From an uncultured beta proteobacterium (GTDB lineage: Bacteria; Pseudomonadota; Gammaproteobacteria; Burkholderiales; Gallionellaceae), in NCBI GenBank assembly GCA_963750775.1, contig CAVVRT010000003.1:155273-219272 (forward strand): a stretch of 64,000 bases of DNA, written 5' to 3'. The notes beneath the pieces were generated by a model. That model worked only from the letters and a program-made list of their open reading frames with translations. It searched no databases and had not been told where the DNA came from. Shown here one piece after another: positions 9,443 to 18,798 of this stretch. A program made the position numbers and the translations under genes. Position 1 is the stretch's first letter, and each line of letters begins with the position of its first letter.

Positions 9443-12146
9443 ACACGGCGGACGAATTAAGCGCGCCGTACTGCACTACGGCATCGCCGAAAAACACTGG
9501 CTGGATTTATCCACGGGGGTGAATCCGCATGGCTGGCTAGCCCCTGTCGTGCCGCAAACAGAATGGCAAGCCTTGCCACAAGACGATGACGAATTAGCGT
9601 CTGCTGCCGCCGCGTATTACGCTGGCGAAAAACAAATGACTGCTCACTCGCTCCCTCGCCCCATGGGAGAGGGTTGGGGTGAGGGAGCAAGCGACAACGT
9701 GACCGCCCTCACCCTAGCCCTCTCCCAAAGGGAGAGGGAACTCCCCAGTTCTTCCTTACTCGCGGTGGCAGGTTCACAAGCCGCGATTCAAGCCCTGCCG
9801 CGTTTATTTTCACCCAGCCGCATAGCGATTCTCACCCCCAGTTATGCCGAACATGCGCACGCTTGGCAGCAAGCAGGGCATGAGATTGTTCGCCTAAACC
9901 CTACGCAAATTTTGCAGCCTGAAGCGGCGATAAAAATCGTCGTCATCGTCAATCCCAACAACCCCACTGGGCAGCTTTTTAGCCGTACTGATCTCTTGGC
10001 GTTACATGAAAAATTAGCAGCGCGCGGCGGCACACTCATCGTCGATGAAGCCTTTATGGATGGCACGCCAGATGGCAGTTTGCTGGGCGATAGTCCACGC
10101 GCAGGCTTAATTGTGTTGCGTTCCATCGGCAAGTTTTTTGGCTTGGCGGGCGCGCGTGTCGGCTTCGTTTTTGCGCAGCAAAACATCCTCGACGCTTTGC
10201 GCGAATTACTTGGTCCGTGGCCGATTGCTGCACCGTCGCGTTATGTCGTCACACGCGCTTTACGCGATGAAAAATGGCAAGCCACCACGCGCAAAAAATT
10301 GCAGCTAGCAAGTGTGCGTTTGTGTGATTTGCTCGAACAACATGGCTTAACAGTCACTGGCAGCACGGCTTTGTTCGCATGGTTGCAACACCACGATGCT
10401 GAAAAAATTCACACCCAACTGGCGCAACAAGGCGTACTGACGCGCTTATTTAATCAACCGTCTAGCTTGAGATTTGGCTTGCCGCGCGATGAAGCGCAAT
10501 GGGGGCGACTGGCGGTGGCGTTACAAACTCTGAACAAATTGAGTGAGGGGGATGCAGTGCAAGGCGCACGGAACGCAGCGAGCGAGACATACCCCGTGGG
10601 TAGGCGAGTAAGCGAGTACCGCGCAACGCCGCAATGCGCCGCCTCGCACAATTTGTCGCACACCGTGATGGTGCAAGGCACGACTTCGGACGCTGGGAAA
10701 AGCACGCTGGTTGCTGCGCTGTGCCGTTGGTTGGTAAGGCTAGGCGTTGCAGTCGCGCCGTTTAAGCCACAGAACATGGCGTTGAATAGTGCGGTAACGG
10801 CTGATGGCGGCGAGATTGGGCGGGCGCAAGCGGTGCAGGCGATGGCGGCAAACATTGCGCCGCACACCGATATGAATCCCGTGCTGCTCAAGCCCAATAG
10901 CGACACGGGCGCGCAGGTCATCATTCACGGTCGCGCCATCGGCAATATGGAAGCGCTCGACTATCACGCCTATAAAAGCACTGCATTCGCGGCGGTGATG
11001 CAATCGCATGGTCGCCTCATCAAACAGTATCAAGCGGTGGTGGTAGAAGGCGCGGGCAGCCCCGCCGAAATCAATTTGCGTGCGGGCGACATCGCCAATA
11101 TGGGCTTTGCCGAAGCGGCGGATTGCCCCGTGATTTTGATTGCCGATATTGATCGCGGTGGGGTATTCGCGCACTTGGTCGGCACGCTAGATTTGCTGTC
11201 AGAATCAGAACAAGCGCGCGTGGTCGGCTTCGTCATCAACCGTTTTCGCGGCGATATTGCCTTGCTGCAAGACGGGCTGGATTGGCTGGAAGCGCGCACA
11301 GGCAAGCCTGTGTTGGGCGTGTTGCCGTATTTACACGGCTTGCATTTAGAAGCAGAAGACGCGCTGCCTATTAGCATTTCCACACAAAGTCCCCCACCCC
11401 AACCCTCCCCCGCAAGCGGGAGAGGGAGTATGCGCATCGTCGTCCCTGTTTTTCCGCACATCAGCAATCACACCGACTTCGACGCGCTGCGTTTGCATCC
11501 GCAAGTCGAACTGATTTTCGCTCCCATTACCGCGCCTTTGCCGCCCGCCGATTTAATTATTTTGCCAGGCAGCAAATCAGTGCGCAGCGACTTGGATAGC
11601 GTGCGCCGTGCGGGCTGGGAGGCGCAGCTACAACAGCATCTGCGCTATGGCGGCAAGCTCATCGGCATCTGCGGCGGGATGCAAATGTTGGGTGAAAAAA
11701 TTCACGACCCACTGGGAATTGAAGGCGAATCTGGTATGAGCAAGGGCTTGGGCTTGCTGCGCTTTGAAACCACCCTTGCGGCGGAAAAACAATTACGCAA
11801 TGTCAGCGGCAACTTGTTGTTGGCAGGTAATACGGCGGTGTCGGGTTACGAAATTCACGCGGGTATTACTACAGGTGCGGCACTCGCAAAACCCCTGCTG
11901 TGCTTGGGCGGAAAGGACGATGGCGCAATCTCGGACGACGGCAATATCCTCGCAACATATCTACATGGCTTGTTTGAATCCAGTGCCGCAACGGCAGAAA
12001 TTTTGCGTTGGGCGGGATTACAAGAGGTGCAAGATTTTGATTATGCCGCGCGCCGCGAAGCCGATTTAGAACGCTTGGCGGATGCGGTCGAGCAGCATTT
12101 GGATACGCAAAAATTGGCGGGATTATTTGGAGTGAATGATGCGTGA
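9435..12146 (+). CDS. cobQ: Fusion of threonine-phosphate decarboxylase (N-terminal, PLP) and cobyric acid synthase CobQ (C-terminal)
   Basis: N-part [38 protein letters not shown]; C-part [45 protein letters not shown]; one 903-aa ORF. Confidence 0.9.
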   Translation: MLEHGGRIKRAVLHYGIAEKHWLDLSTGVNPHGWLAPVVPQTEWQALPQDDDELASAAAAYYAGEKQMTAHSLPRPMGEGWGEGASDNVTALTLALSQRERELPSSSLLAVAGSQAAIQALPRLFSPSRIAILTPSYAEHAHAWQQAGHEIVRLNPTQILQPEAAIKIVVIVNPNNPTGQLFSRTDLLALHEKLAARGGTLIVDEAFMDGTPDGSLLGDSPRAGLIVLRSIGKFFGLAGARVGFVFAQQNILDALRELLGPWPIAAPSRYVVTRALRDEKWQATTRKKLQLASVRLCDLLEQHGLTVTGSTALFAWLQHHDAEKIHTQLAQQGVLTRLFNQPSSLRFGLPRDEAQWGRLAVALQTLNKLSEGDAVQGARNAASETYPVGRRVSEYRATPQCAASHNLSHTVMVQGTTSDAGKSTLVAALCRWLVRLGVAVAPFKPQNMALNSAVTADGGEIGRAQAVQAMAANIAPHTDMNPVLLKPNSDTGAQVIIHGRAIGNMEALDYHAYKSTAFAAVMQSHGRLIKQYQAVVVEGAGSPAEINLRAGDIANMGFAEAADCPVILIADIDRGGVFAHLVGTLDLLSESEQARVVGFVINRFRGDIALLQDGLDWLEARTGKPVLGVLPYLHGLHLEAEDALPISISTQSPPPQPSPASGRGSMRIVVPVFPHISNHTDFDALRLHPQVELIFAPITAPLPPADLIILPGSKSVRSDLDSVRRAGWEAQLQQHLRYGGKLIGICGGMQMLGEKIHDPLGIEGESGMSKGLGLLRFETTLAAEKQLRNVSGNLLLAGNTAVSGYEIHAGITTGAALAKPLLCLGGKDDGAISDDGNILATYLHGLFESSAATAEILRWAGLQEVQDFDYAARREADLERLADAVEQHLDTQKLAGLFGVNDA
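9651..9739. repeat. Inverted doublet of CCCTCTCCC-N-GGGAGAGGG palindromic repeat, in frame within the decarboxylase domain
   Basis: CTCCCTCGCCCCATGGGAGAGGGTTGGGGTGAGGG ... CCCTCACCCTAGCCCTCTCCCAAAGGGAGAGGGA. Confidence 0.85.
10531..10660. repeat. 130-bp inverted-repeat element forming the linker of the decarboxylase-CobQ fusion
   Basis: TGAACAAATTGAGTGAGGGGGATGCAGTGC pairs imperfectly with GCAATGCGCCGCCTCGCACAATTTGTCGCA; core GAGACATACC..GGTAGGCGAG. Confidence 0.65.
11391..11426. repeat. Single palindromic repeat copy in frame within CobQ
   Basis: CCCCCACCCCAACCCTCCCCCGCAAGCGGGAGAGGG encodes [12 protein letters not shown]. Confidence 0.8.
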
Positions 12147-12648
12147 ATTGATTTTAGGCGGCGTGCGTTCAGGAAAAAGTAACTTGGCGGAACAGCACGC
12201 ACTCACAACAAATTTACACGTTGTCTATGTTGCTACCGCGCAAGTGCGCGATGCCGAAATGCAGGCGCGCATAGACCATCATCGCGCCCGTCGTCCTGCA
12301 TCTTGGCAAGTCATCGAAGCGGGGCAAAACCTCGCGCAAATTTTGCAGCGCGAGGCGCGTGCCGACCGTTGTATTTTGGTGGATTGTTTGACGCTGTGGC
12401 TGACGCAATTGCTCTGCGATGCCGACGAAAAAAATTTGCGCCATGAGCTGCAAGCCTTGCTGGACGTGCTGCCCAGCTTGTCGGGTGAAATTATTTTGGT
12501 GAGTAACGAAACCAATATGGGCATTGTGCCGATGGGTGAATTATCGCGCCGTTATTGCGACGAAATGGGACGCTTGCATCAGCAACTTGGCGCGATTTGT
12601 GAACGCGTGATGTTGACCGTGGCAGGCTTGCCGCTGGTGGTGAAATAA
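12136..12648 (+). CDS. cobU: Adenosylcobinamide kinase/adenosylcobinamide-phosphate guanylyltransferase
   Basis: [44 protein letters not shown]. Confidence 0.95.
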   Translation: MMRELILGGVRSGKSNLAEQHALTTNLHVVYVATAQVRDAEMQARIDHHRARRPASWQVIEAGQNLAQILQREARADRCILVDCLTLWLTQLLCDADEKNLRHELQALLDVLPSLSGEIILVSNETNMGIVPMGELSRRYCDEMGRLHQQLGAICERVMLTVAGLPLVVK

Positions 12649-12658
12649 CCTCAATATC

Positions 12659-12752
12659 GTAGGTCGGATGAGGCGGTTTCATGCCGTTATCCGACGCTAG
12701 TAAATCAACAACACCTGTCGGATGACGGCCAACTACGCCTTATCCGACCTAC
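12659..12752. repeat. GTAG-tagged REP doublet (REPIN-like)
   Basis: GTAGGTCGGATGAGGCG..TTATCCGAC and inverted GTCGGATGA..CGCCTTATCCGACCTAC. Confidence 0.85.
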
Positions 12753-12771
12753 ATTTTTTAAGGAGTTTTAT

Positions 12772-13863
12772 ATGCAAGAAAATTGGCTAACCCACCCTGC
12801 TGCGATATTGAACGAAACCGCGCGTAGCGCGGCATTAAACCGCCAAGGGCAGCTCACCAAACCGCCTGGCGCATTGGGACGACTTGAAGACCTCGCGGTG
12901 CAATTCGCCGCGTTTCAAGGCGTGGAAACGCCCAACTTGCAGCGCATTCACATCAGCATCTTTGCCGCCGATCACGGCGTGGCTGAAGAGGGTGTGTCGT
13001 TGTTTCCGCAAGCGGTGACGGCGGAAATGGTGCGCAATTTTGCCCGTGGCGGTGCGGCGATTAGCGTGTTGGCAAAACACCTCAATGCCGAATTGGAAGT
13101 GATCAATTTAGGTACGGTATCGGTGGTCGAGCCGCTAAAAAATGTGCGCGACGAACGCATCGCAGCTGGGTCGGCGAACTTTGCCAAGACGGCTGCCATG
13201 ACTGAAAGCCAATGCGCGATTGCCTTGCAAGCAGGACGAAATGCGGTGGTGCGTGCTAAACAAAACGGGGCGCAACTTTTTATCGGCGGTGAAATGGGTA
13301 TTGCGAATACCACCTCGGCATCAGCGATTGCCTGCGTTTTGTTGAATGAGTTGCCACAAAAATTAGCGGGACGCGGCACAGGTTTAGATGCAGCAGGTGT
13401 ATCGCACAAAGCACAAATCATCGCAGCGGCATTGGCGTTGCACGCGCTTCTTCCCTCTCCCACTGGGAGAGGGATTGAGGGTGAGGGCGTGCACGTTGAT
13501 GCCCAAGAGATTTTGCGTCGCCTAGGCGGCTTTGAAATCGCGGGTTTGGCGGGCGCATATATCGCCGCCGCGCAACTGGGTTTGCCAGTATTGGTGGATG
13601 GGTTTATCAGCTCGGTCGCCGCCCTCGTGGCAGTGCGCATCAACCCCAGTGCGCGCGACTGGATGCTGTTCGCGCACACTTCTGCCGAGGCGGGACATCA
13701 ACGCGTGCTCACCGCACTCGCCGCGCAACCCTTGCTGCAATTGGGGATGCGCTTAGGCGAAGGCAGCGGGGCAGCGGTGGCGGTGCCACTCATTCAACTC
13801 GCCTGCACCTTACACAGTGGCATGGCGACCTTCGCCGAGGCAGGGGTCAGTGAGCAGCACTAG
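12772..13863 (+). CDS. cobT: Nicotinate-nucleotide--dimethylbenzimidazole phosphoribosyltransferase
   Basis: [44 protein letters not shown]-like motif; AAGGAG RBS. Confidence 0.96.
   Translation: MQENWLTHPAAILNETARSAALNRQGQLTKPPGALGRLEDLAVQFAAFQGVETPNLQRIHISIFAADHGVAEEGVSLFPQAVTAEMVRNFARGGAAISVLAKHLNAELEVINLGTVSVVEPLKNVRDERIAAGSANFAKTAAMTESQCAIALQAGRNAVVRAKQNGAQLFIGGEMGIANTTSASAIACVLLNELPQKLAGRGTGLDAAGVSHKAQIIAAALALHALLPSPTGRGIEGEGVHVDAQEILRRLGGFEIAGLAGAYIAAAQLGLPVLVDGFISSVAALVAVRINPSARDWMLFAHTSAEAGHQRVLTALAAQPLLQLGMRLGEGSGAAVAVPLIQLACTLHSGMATFAEAGVSEQH
13453..13487. repeat. Single palindromic repeat copy in frame within CobT
   Basis: CCCTCTCCCACTGGGAGAGGGATTGAGGGTGAGGG encodes [12 protein letters not shown]. 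Confidence 0.85.
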
Positions 13864-14210
13864 CGCGTACGGCTAATCTGCACGCCCACTCTCGCCAGCT
13901 CGCCCAGTGCGCCAGGCTTTTCTATCTCCAGCACAATTTTTTGGCAGGACCAGGCGGCAAACATTTGCTGTGTGAGGTGTTCCGCCAGTGCTTCCAATAG
14001 GCGATAACGGCAAGGGGCGAGCCACGCCTGCAACTGTGGTTCGATGAGTGCACGCGACAAGCCGAGCGGCGCGCTGCTGTGCAATTGCAAAGACAAAACG
14101 AGAGGCCGTAACGCCTCTCGTTCCCATTCATATACGCCTACCAAGGTATGCACGAGGAGCTGCTGCTCCTCATGCAGGTAAGCTGCCTCAAGCCGTGGCG
14201 CGGAGTTCAT
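13860..14210 (-). CDS. Dihydroneopterin aldolase-like protein (divergent FolB)
   Basis: [25 protein letters not shown] motifs; overlaps metE 3' end by 23 nt; central DY motif not visible. Confidence 0.7.
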   Translation of the reverse strand: MNSAPRLEAAYLHEEQQLLVHTLVGVYEWEREALRPLVLSLQLHSSAPLGLSRALIEPQLQAWLAPCRYRLLEALAEHLTQQMFAAWSCQKIVLEIEKPGALGELARVGVQISRTR

Positions 14211-16452
14211 GCGCGACTTGCACCATGTTTTTCAACGCCGCTTCTACCTCCACCCAGCCGCGTGTTTTCAGCCCGCAATCGGGGTTAATCCACAGCCGTT
14301 CTGGGGCAATCACGGCACGCGCTTTGTGCATCAGATGCAGCATGTCGGCGGCACTCGGTACACGCGGCGAATGGATGTCGTACACGCCAGGGCCGATGTC
14401 ATTGGGGTAGTTAAATGCGCCAAACGCATCCAGCAGCTCCATATCCGAGCGCGAGGTTTCGATGGTAATCACGTCGGCATCCATCGCCGCGATGGCGGGC
14501 AAAATGTCGTTAAATTCCGAGTAGCACATATGCGTGTGTATCTGCGTGGTGTCCGCCACCGCACTGGTGGCAACACGGAAAGCGCGCACCGACCAGTCCA
14601 AGTAATGCGCCCAGTCGCGGCGTTTAATCGGCAACCCTTCACGCAGCGCGGCCTCGTCGATTTGAATAATGCGGATGCCCGCTTGCTCTAAATCTTGCAC
14701 CTCGTCGCGGATGGCTAGGGCAATTTGCATTGCCACCTCGGCACGCAAAATATCATTGCGCACAAACGACCATTGCAAAATGGTAATCGGTCCGGTCAGC
14801 ATCCCCTTCATCGGCTTGTCGGTCAGGCTTTGCGCATAGCGACTCCATTCCACCGTCATTGCTTTGGGACGTGCGATGTCGCCGTAAATAATCGGCGGCT
14901 TCACACAACGCGAGCCATAACTTTGCACCCAGCCAAACTCGCTAAAGCAAAAGCCCTGCAACTGTTCGCCGAAGTATTCGACCATGTCGTTGCGTTCCGC
15001 TTCGCCATGTACCAACACATCCAAGCCCAGCTTTTCTTGCACTTGCACAGCATGGCGGATCTCGCCTTGCATCGCCGATTGATACGCCGCATCGCTTAAT
15101 TTGCCTTGCTTGTAGGCGGCACGTGACTGGCGAATCTGCGCCGTTTGTGGGAACGAGCCGATGGTGGTGGTCGGATACGCGGGCAGTTTGAGCTGCGCTT
15201 GTTGCGCCGCGCTGCGTTGGGCGAAGGGACTCAAGCGCTGGTCATCGCTAGGCTTTAAGTTTTTCATCCGTTCGCGTACTTCGCGCTTAAAAATCAGTGG
15301 CGAATAGACGCGGCTCTCGCCCGCTTTGAGTGATTGCGCCAACTGCGGCGCGATGCTGGCTTTGCCGTGTTGCACGCCGCGTGCCAAGGTCACCACTTCA
15401 TCCAATTTTTGCGTGGCAAACGCCAGCCAACTCTTAATGGTTTTATCCAGCTTGACCTCTTGTGCCAAATCCACGGGCACATGCTGCAAGGAGCAACTCG
15501 TTGCTACCCACAAACGATCGCCTAATTGTTCGCGCAAGCCCTCTAAAATTTGCAGCGAGGCGGCAAGGTTGTTGCGCCAGATATTGCGCCCATCGACGAT
15601 GCCCACCGACAAAATTTTATTTTCTGGATAGTGCCGCGCAAACGCACTGGCTTGTTCGGGCGCACGCACGATGTCGATGTGCAGCCCCGCCACGGGCAAG
15701 GTTTGCAACAGCTCAATGTGTGCTACCACCGATTCAAAATAAGTCGCCAACAAAATGTTGGGCGCGCCATCCGCGAGGGATGCGTAAGTCGCATGAAATG
15801 CCGCCAGCCATTCAGGCGGTAATTCCAGTGCCAAAATCGGCTCGTCGATTTGCACCCACTCCACGCCCAGCGTTTTTAAGCGCGCCAAAATTTGGCGGTA
15901 CACAGGCAAAATCTGCGGCAATAAATCCAGACGATTCAACCCCGCTTGTTTTTCTTTGCCTAAATACAAATACGTCAACGGACCAATCAGCACGGGCTTG
16001 GCGTGGATGCCAGCGGCTTGTGCCTCGGCAACCTCGTCAAACAGCCAATCGCTGCTCAAACTAAATGTCGTGCTGTTGGAAAATTCGGGTACTAGATAGT
16101 GATAGTTGGTATCGAACCACTTGGTCATTTCCATGGCGGGTTGCTGCGCATTGCCGCGTGCCAGCTGAAAATACTGCGCCAAACTCAAGGGTGCAGTAAA
16201 ACCAAAACGTGCGGGGGCAGCCCCCAGCAAGGCAGTCATATTCAGCATCTGGTCGTACCAAGCGAAATCGCCCACGGGAATTAAATCTATCCCCGCATCG
16301 CGCTGCACCGCCCAATGCTTGGCGCGCAAGGCTTGGCCGGTTGCCAATAATTCGGTCTCGTTTTGGCTGCCTTGCCAATACGCCTCGATGGCTTGTTTTA
16401 ATTCGCGTTGCGCGCCAATGCGCGGAAATCCTAGGGTGTGTGCAATCGTCAT
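14188..16452 (-). CDS. metE: Cobalamin-independent methionine synthase
   Basis: [57 protein letters not shown]. Confidence 0.98.
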   Translation of the reverse strand: MTIAHTLGFPRIGAQRELKQAIEAYWQGSQNETELLATGQALRAKHWAVQRDAGIDLIPVGDFAWYDQMLNMTALLGAAPARFGFTAPLSLAQYFQLARGNAQQPAMEMTKWFDTNYHYLVPEFSNSTTFSLSSDWLFDEVAEAQAAGIHAKPVLIGPLTYLYLGKEKQAGLNRLDLLPQILPVYRQILARLKTLGVEWVQIDEPILALELPPEWLAAFHATYASLADGAPNILLATYFESVVAHIELLQTLPVAGLHIDIVRAPEQASAFARHYPENKILSVGIVDGRNIWRNNLAASLQILEGLREQLGDRLWVATSCSLQHVPVDLAQEVKLDKTIKSWLAFATQKLDEVVTLARGVQHGKASIAPQLAQSLKAGESRVYSPLIFKREVRERMKNLKPSDDQRLSPFAQRSAAQQAQLKLPAYPTTTIGSFPQTAQIRQSRAAYKQGKLSDAAYQSAMQGEIRHAVQVQEKLGLDVLVHGEAERNDMVEYFGEQLQGFCFSEFGWVQSYGSRCVKPPIIYGDIARPKAMTVEWSRYAQSLTDKPMKGMLTGPITILQWSFVRNDILRAEVAMQIALAIRDEVQDLEQAGIRIIQIDEAALREGLPIKRRDWAHYLDWSVRAFRVATSAVADTTQIHTHMCYSEFNDILPAIAAMDADVITIETSRSDMELLDAFGAFNYPNDIGPGVYDIHSPRVPSAADMLHLMHKARAVIAPERLWINPDCGLKTRGWVEVEAALKNMVQVAHELRATA

Positions 16453-16499
16453 GTCGTTCTCCAGTTTTGAGGAGCGGCATGATGGGCAAAAACAAGTTA

Positions 16500-16543
16500 T
16501 GATTCAAACTCATTATTTTATCAATCATCATTAAAATTATTCA
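16500..16543. promoter_or_regulatory. Two putative MetR (LysR T-N11-A) sites in the metE-metR spacer
   Basis: TGATTCAAACTCA (16500-16512) and TTAAAATTATTCA (16531-16543) resemble TGAA-N5-TTCA. Confidence 0.6.
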
Positions 16544-17463
16544 TGCAGTCGATATTGGAAATCCGTCATTTGCAAACCCTGCTGGCGTTGCTGGAAAGTG
16601 GCACGCTATCGGGCGCGGCGGCACGGGTGCATCTCACCCAGTCCGCCTTGTCGCACCAAATTAAGCAACTGGAAACGCATTACGCCACGCCCTTATTTGA
16701 GCGCAAAACCCAACCTTTGCGCCTCACGCCTACAGGGCAGCGGCTGCACACACTGGCGCAGGCGGTTACCGCCTTGGTGGATGAGGCCGAGCGTGATGTG
16801 GCGCGCTTGGTACAGGGGCGGGCGGGCAAATTGCGCATCGCGGTGGAGTGCCACACTTGCTTTGAGTGGCTGATGCCCGCGATGGATGCGTACCGACAAA
16901 ATTGGCCCGAAGTGGAGCTGGATTTGGTGTCGGGTTTTCACGCCAACCCGCTGGCATTATTGCGCGAGGACAAAGCCGAACTCGCCATCGTCTCGGAGCA
17001 TAAAAAAACCCATGATGCGGTGTTTCATGCGCTGTTTGGCTTTGAGATTGTCGGGCTGGTGTCGTGTTTGCACGCGCTGGCAAAAAAAGACCATCTCACC
17101 CCGCACGACTTTGCCGAGGAAACGCTGATTACCTATCCCGTGGCGGATGAAATGCTCGACGTGGTGCGCGTGTTCCTCAAGCCGCGCGGCATCGTACCGA
17201 AACGCCGCACTGCCGAGCTCACCGTCGCTATTTTGCAACTGGTGGCGAGCCGACGCGGCATCGCCGCCATGCCCGCTTGGGCGGTACAAAGTTATTTGCA
17301 AACGGGCTATGTGTTGGCAAAACGCATCGGTAAAAAAGGCTTGCGCGGCGAGTTGTATGCGGTAACCAATCCCGCTTTGGCGCAAGCGGCGTACCTTCAG
17401 GATTTTGTCAACACGCTGCGTAATGTGAGCTTTAACCGTCTGCCAGGGGTGGTTGCGTTATGA
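16543..17463 (+). CDS. metR: LysR-family methionine regulator
   Basis: LEIRHLQTL, HLTQSALSHQ, AVECHTCFEWLMP; divergent from metE. Confidence 0.95.
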   Translation: MQSILEIRHLQTLLALLESGTLSGAAARVHLTQSALSHQIKQLETHYATPLFERKTQPLRLTPTGQRLHTLAQAVTALVDEAERDVARLVQGRAGKLRIAVECHTCFEWLMPAMDAYRQNWPEVELDLVSGFHANPLALLREDKAELAIVSEHKKTHDAVFHALFGFEIVGLVSCLHALAKKDHLTPHDFAEETLITYPVADEMLDVVRVFLKPRGIVPKRRTAELTVAILQLVASRRGIAAMPAWAVQSYLQTGYVLAKRIGKKGLRGELYAVTNPALAQAAYLQDFVNTLRNVSFNRLPGVVAL

Positions 17464-18044
17464 ATATCGTCATCACCGTTTTGCGCCACGGCGAAGTGGC
17501 GGGGCGGGCGCATATTTTTCGCGGTGCGAGTGAGGAAGGGTTGACGAAAAAAGGCCGCGCGCAGATGCAGCAAGCACTGAATTTACACGCACCCTTCAAT
17601 TGCATCGCCACCTCGCCGCTGCGCCGCTGTCACGAATTTGCCGCGCATTATGCGCAGCAACATGCGTTGCCCTTGCAGGTGTTGCCGTGTTTTAGCGAAC
17701 TCAATTTTGGCGACTGGGAAGGCTTAACGCCGAATCAGGCCGCCGCGCGCAACCCCAATGAATACGCGGCATTCAGCGCATCACATGGGCTTAATCCACC
17801 GCCCCGTGGTGAAGCACTCGCGGCGTTTCGCAGCCGCATTGGGCAAGGTTGGCACAACTGGTTGCAACAAGATTTGGGCGAACAGCGTGTGCTGATGACC
17901 CATGCGGGCGTGATGCGCGCTTTGTTGATGGAGTTGTTCGGCTTCACACCTGCGCAAGCGTTTCAAATTGCCTTACCCGAAGCCGCCTGTATGCGCATTT
18001 CGCATTTGCACGGACATGCGCCGTTCTTACTTTCACTTAACTAA
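17460..18044 (+). CDS. cobC: Histidine phosphatase, probable alpha-ribazole-5'-phosphate phosphatase
   Basis: LRHGE, SPLRRC, ELNFGDWEG, THAGVMR; directly upstream of cobS. Confidence 0.75.
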   Translation: MNIVITVLRHGEVAGRAHIFRGASEEGLTKKGRAQMQQALNLHAPFNCIATSPLRRCHEFAAHYAQQHALPLQVLPCFSELNFGDWEGLTPNQAAARNPNEYAAFSASHGLNPPPRGEALAAFRSRIGQGWHNWLQQDLGEQRVLMTHAGVMRALLMELFGFTPAQAFQIALPEAACMRISHLHGHAPFLLSLN

Positions 18045-18048
18045 CCCT

Positions 18049-18771
18049 ATGCGCACCCTCATCCTTGCCATTCAATTTTTAACCCGCTTGCCCACGCCGC
18101 AACTACGCAATTTTGACGCGGCAGAATTAACCCGCTGCGCACATTGGTTTCCCTTGGTGGGCTTACTCATTGGCGCATTTGTGGCGGCGGCATTGTGGCT
18201 GGGCAGCCGCATTGATCCCGCACTCGGCGCGCTGCTAGGCGTATTGGTTTGGGTGGGGATTACGGGCGCATTGCATTTGGATGGGCTGGCAGACATGAGC
18301 GACGCACTGGGTGCGGCGCATCGCGATAAAGATAGATTTTTAAGCGTACTGGCTGACCCGCATTTAGGCACGTTTGGCGTGGTCAGCGTGGCGATGCAAC
18401 TGCTCACCAAATTCGTGTTGCTGATGTTGCTCGCCAAGGGCGGACACTATCTTGCTATCGCGCTCATCCCCGCTTGGGCGCGTTGGGGAACGCTCATTTG
18501 GGCGCGCTTGCCGACGCTTAAAGCAGGCTTGGGCGAACGCTTCGGCTGGCAAATTTCAACCTCCACCATCACCCTGTGGGGCTTGCTGTTGTTGGCGGGC
18601 AGCGTCATCGCCCCCGCCTTGTGCGCAGCACCTTTACTGGTTTTGGCGTGGCGACAATTTTTATTGCGACGCATCGGTGGCATGACGGGCGATTTATTGG
18701 GGGCGGGCGTGGAAGTGCTGGAAAGTGCCGCGTTGTTACTGCTCTTAATCCCCTTTGCGCGCATGTTCTAA
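18049..18771 (+). CDS. cobS: Adenosylcobinamide-GDP ribazoletransferase (cobalamin synthase)
   Basis: AIQFLTRLP, TGALHLDGLADMSD, GGMTGDLLGA; ATG at 18049. Confidence 0.95.
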   Translation: MRTLILAIQFLTRLPTPQLRNFDAAELTRCAHWFPLVGLLIGAFVAAALWLGSRIDPALGALLGVLVWVGITGALHLDGLADMSDALGAAHRDKDRFLSVLADPHLGTFGVVSVAMQLLTKFVLLMLLAKGGHYLAIALIPAWARWGTLIWARLPTLKAGLGERFGWQISTSTITLWGLLLLAGSVIAPALCAAPLLVLAWRQFLLRRIGGMTGDLLGAGVEVLESAALLLLLIPFARMF

Positions 18772-18798
18772 CAGAGCCTTTCTGCTAAAGTGCGCGCC

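Noticed and set aside
16453-16542. B12 riboswitch controlling metE
   Set aside because: The spacer is only 90 bp, lacks B12-box motifs and shows MetR-like sites instead
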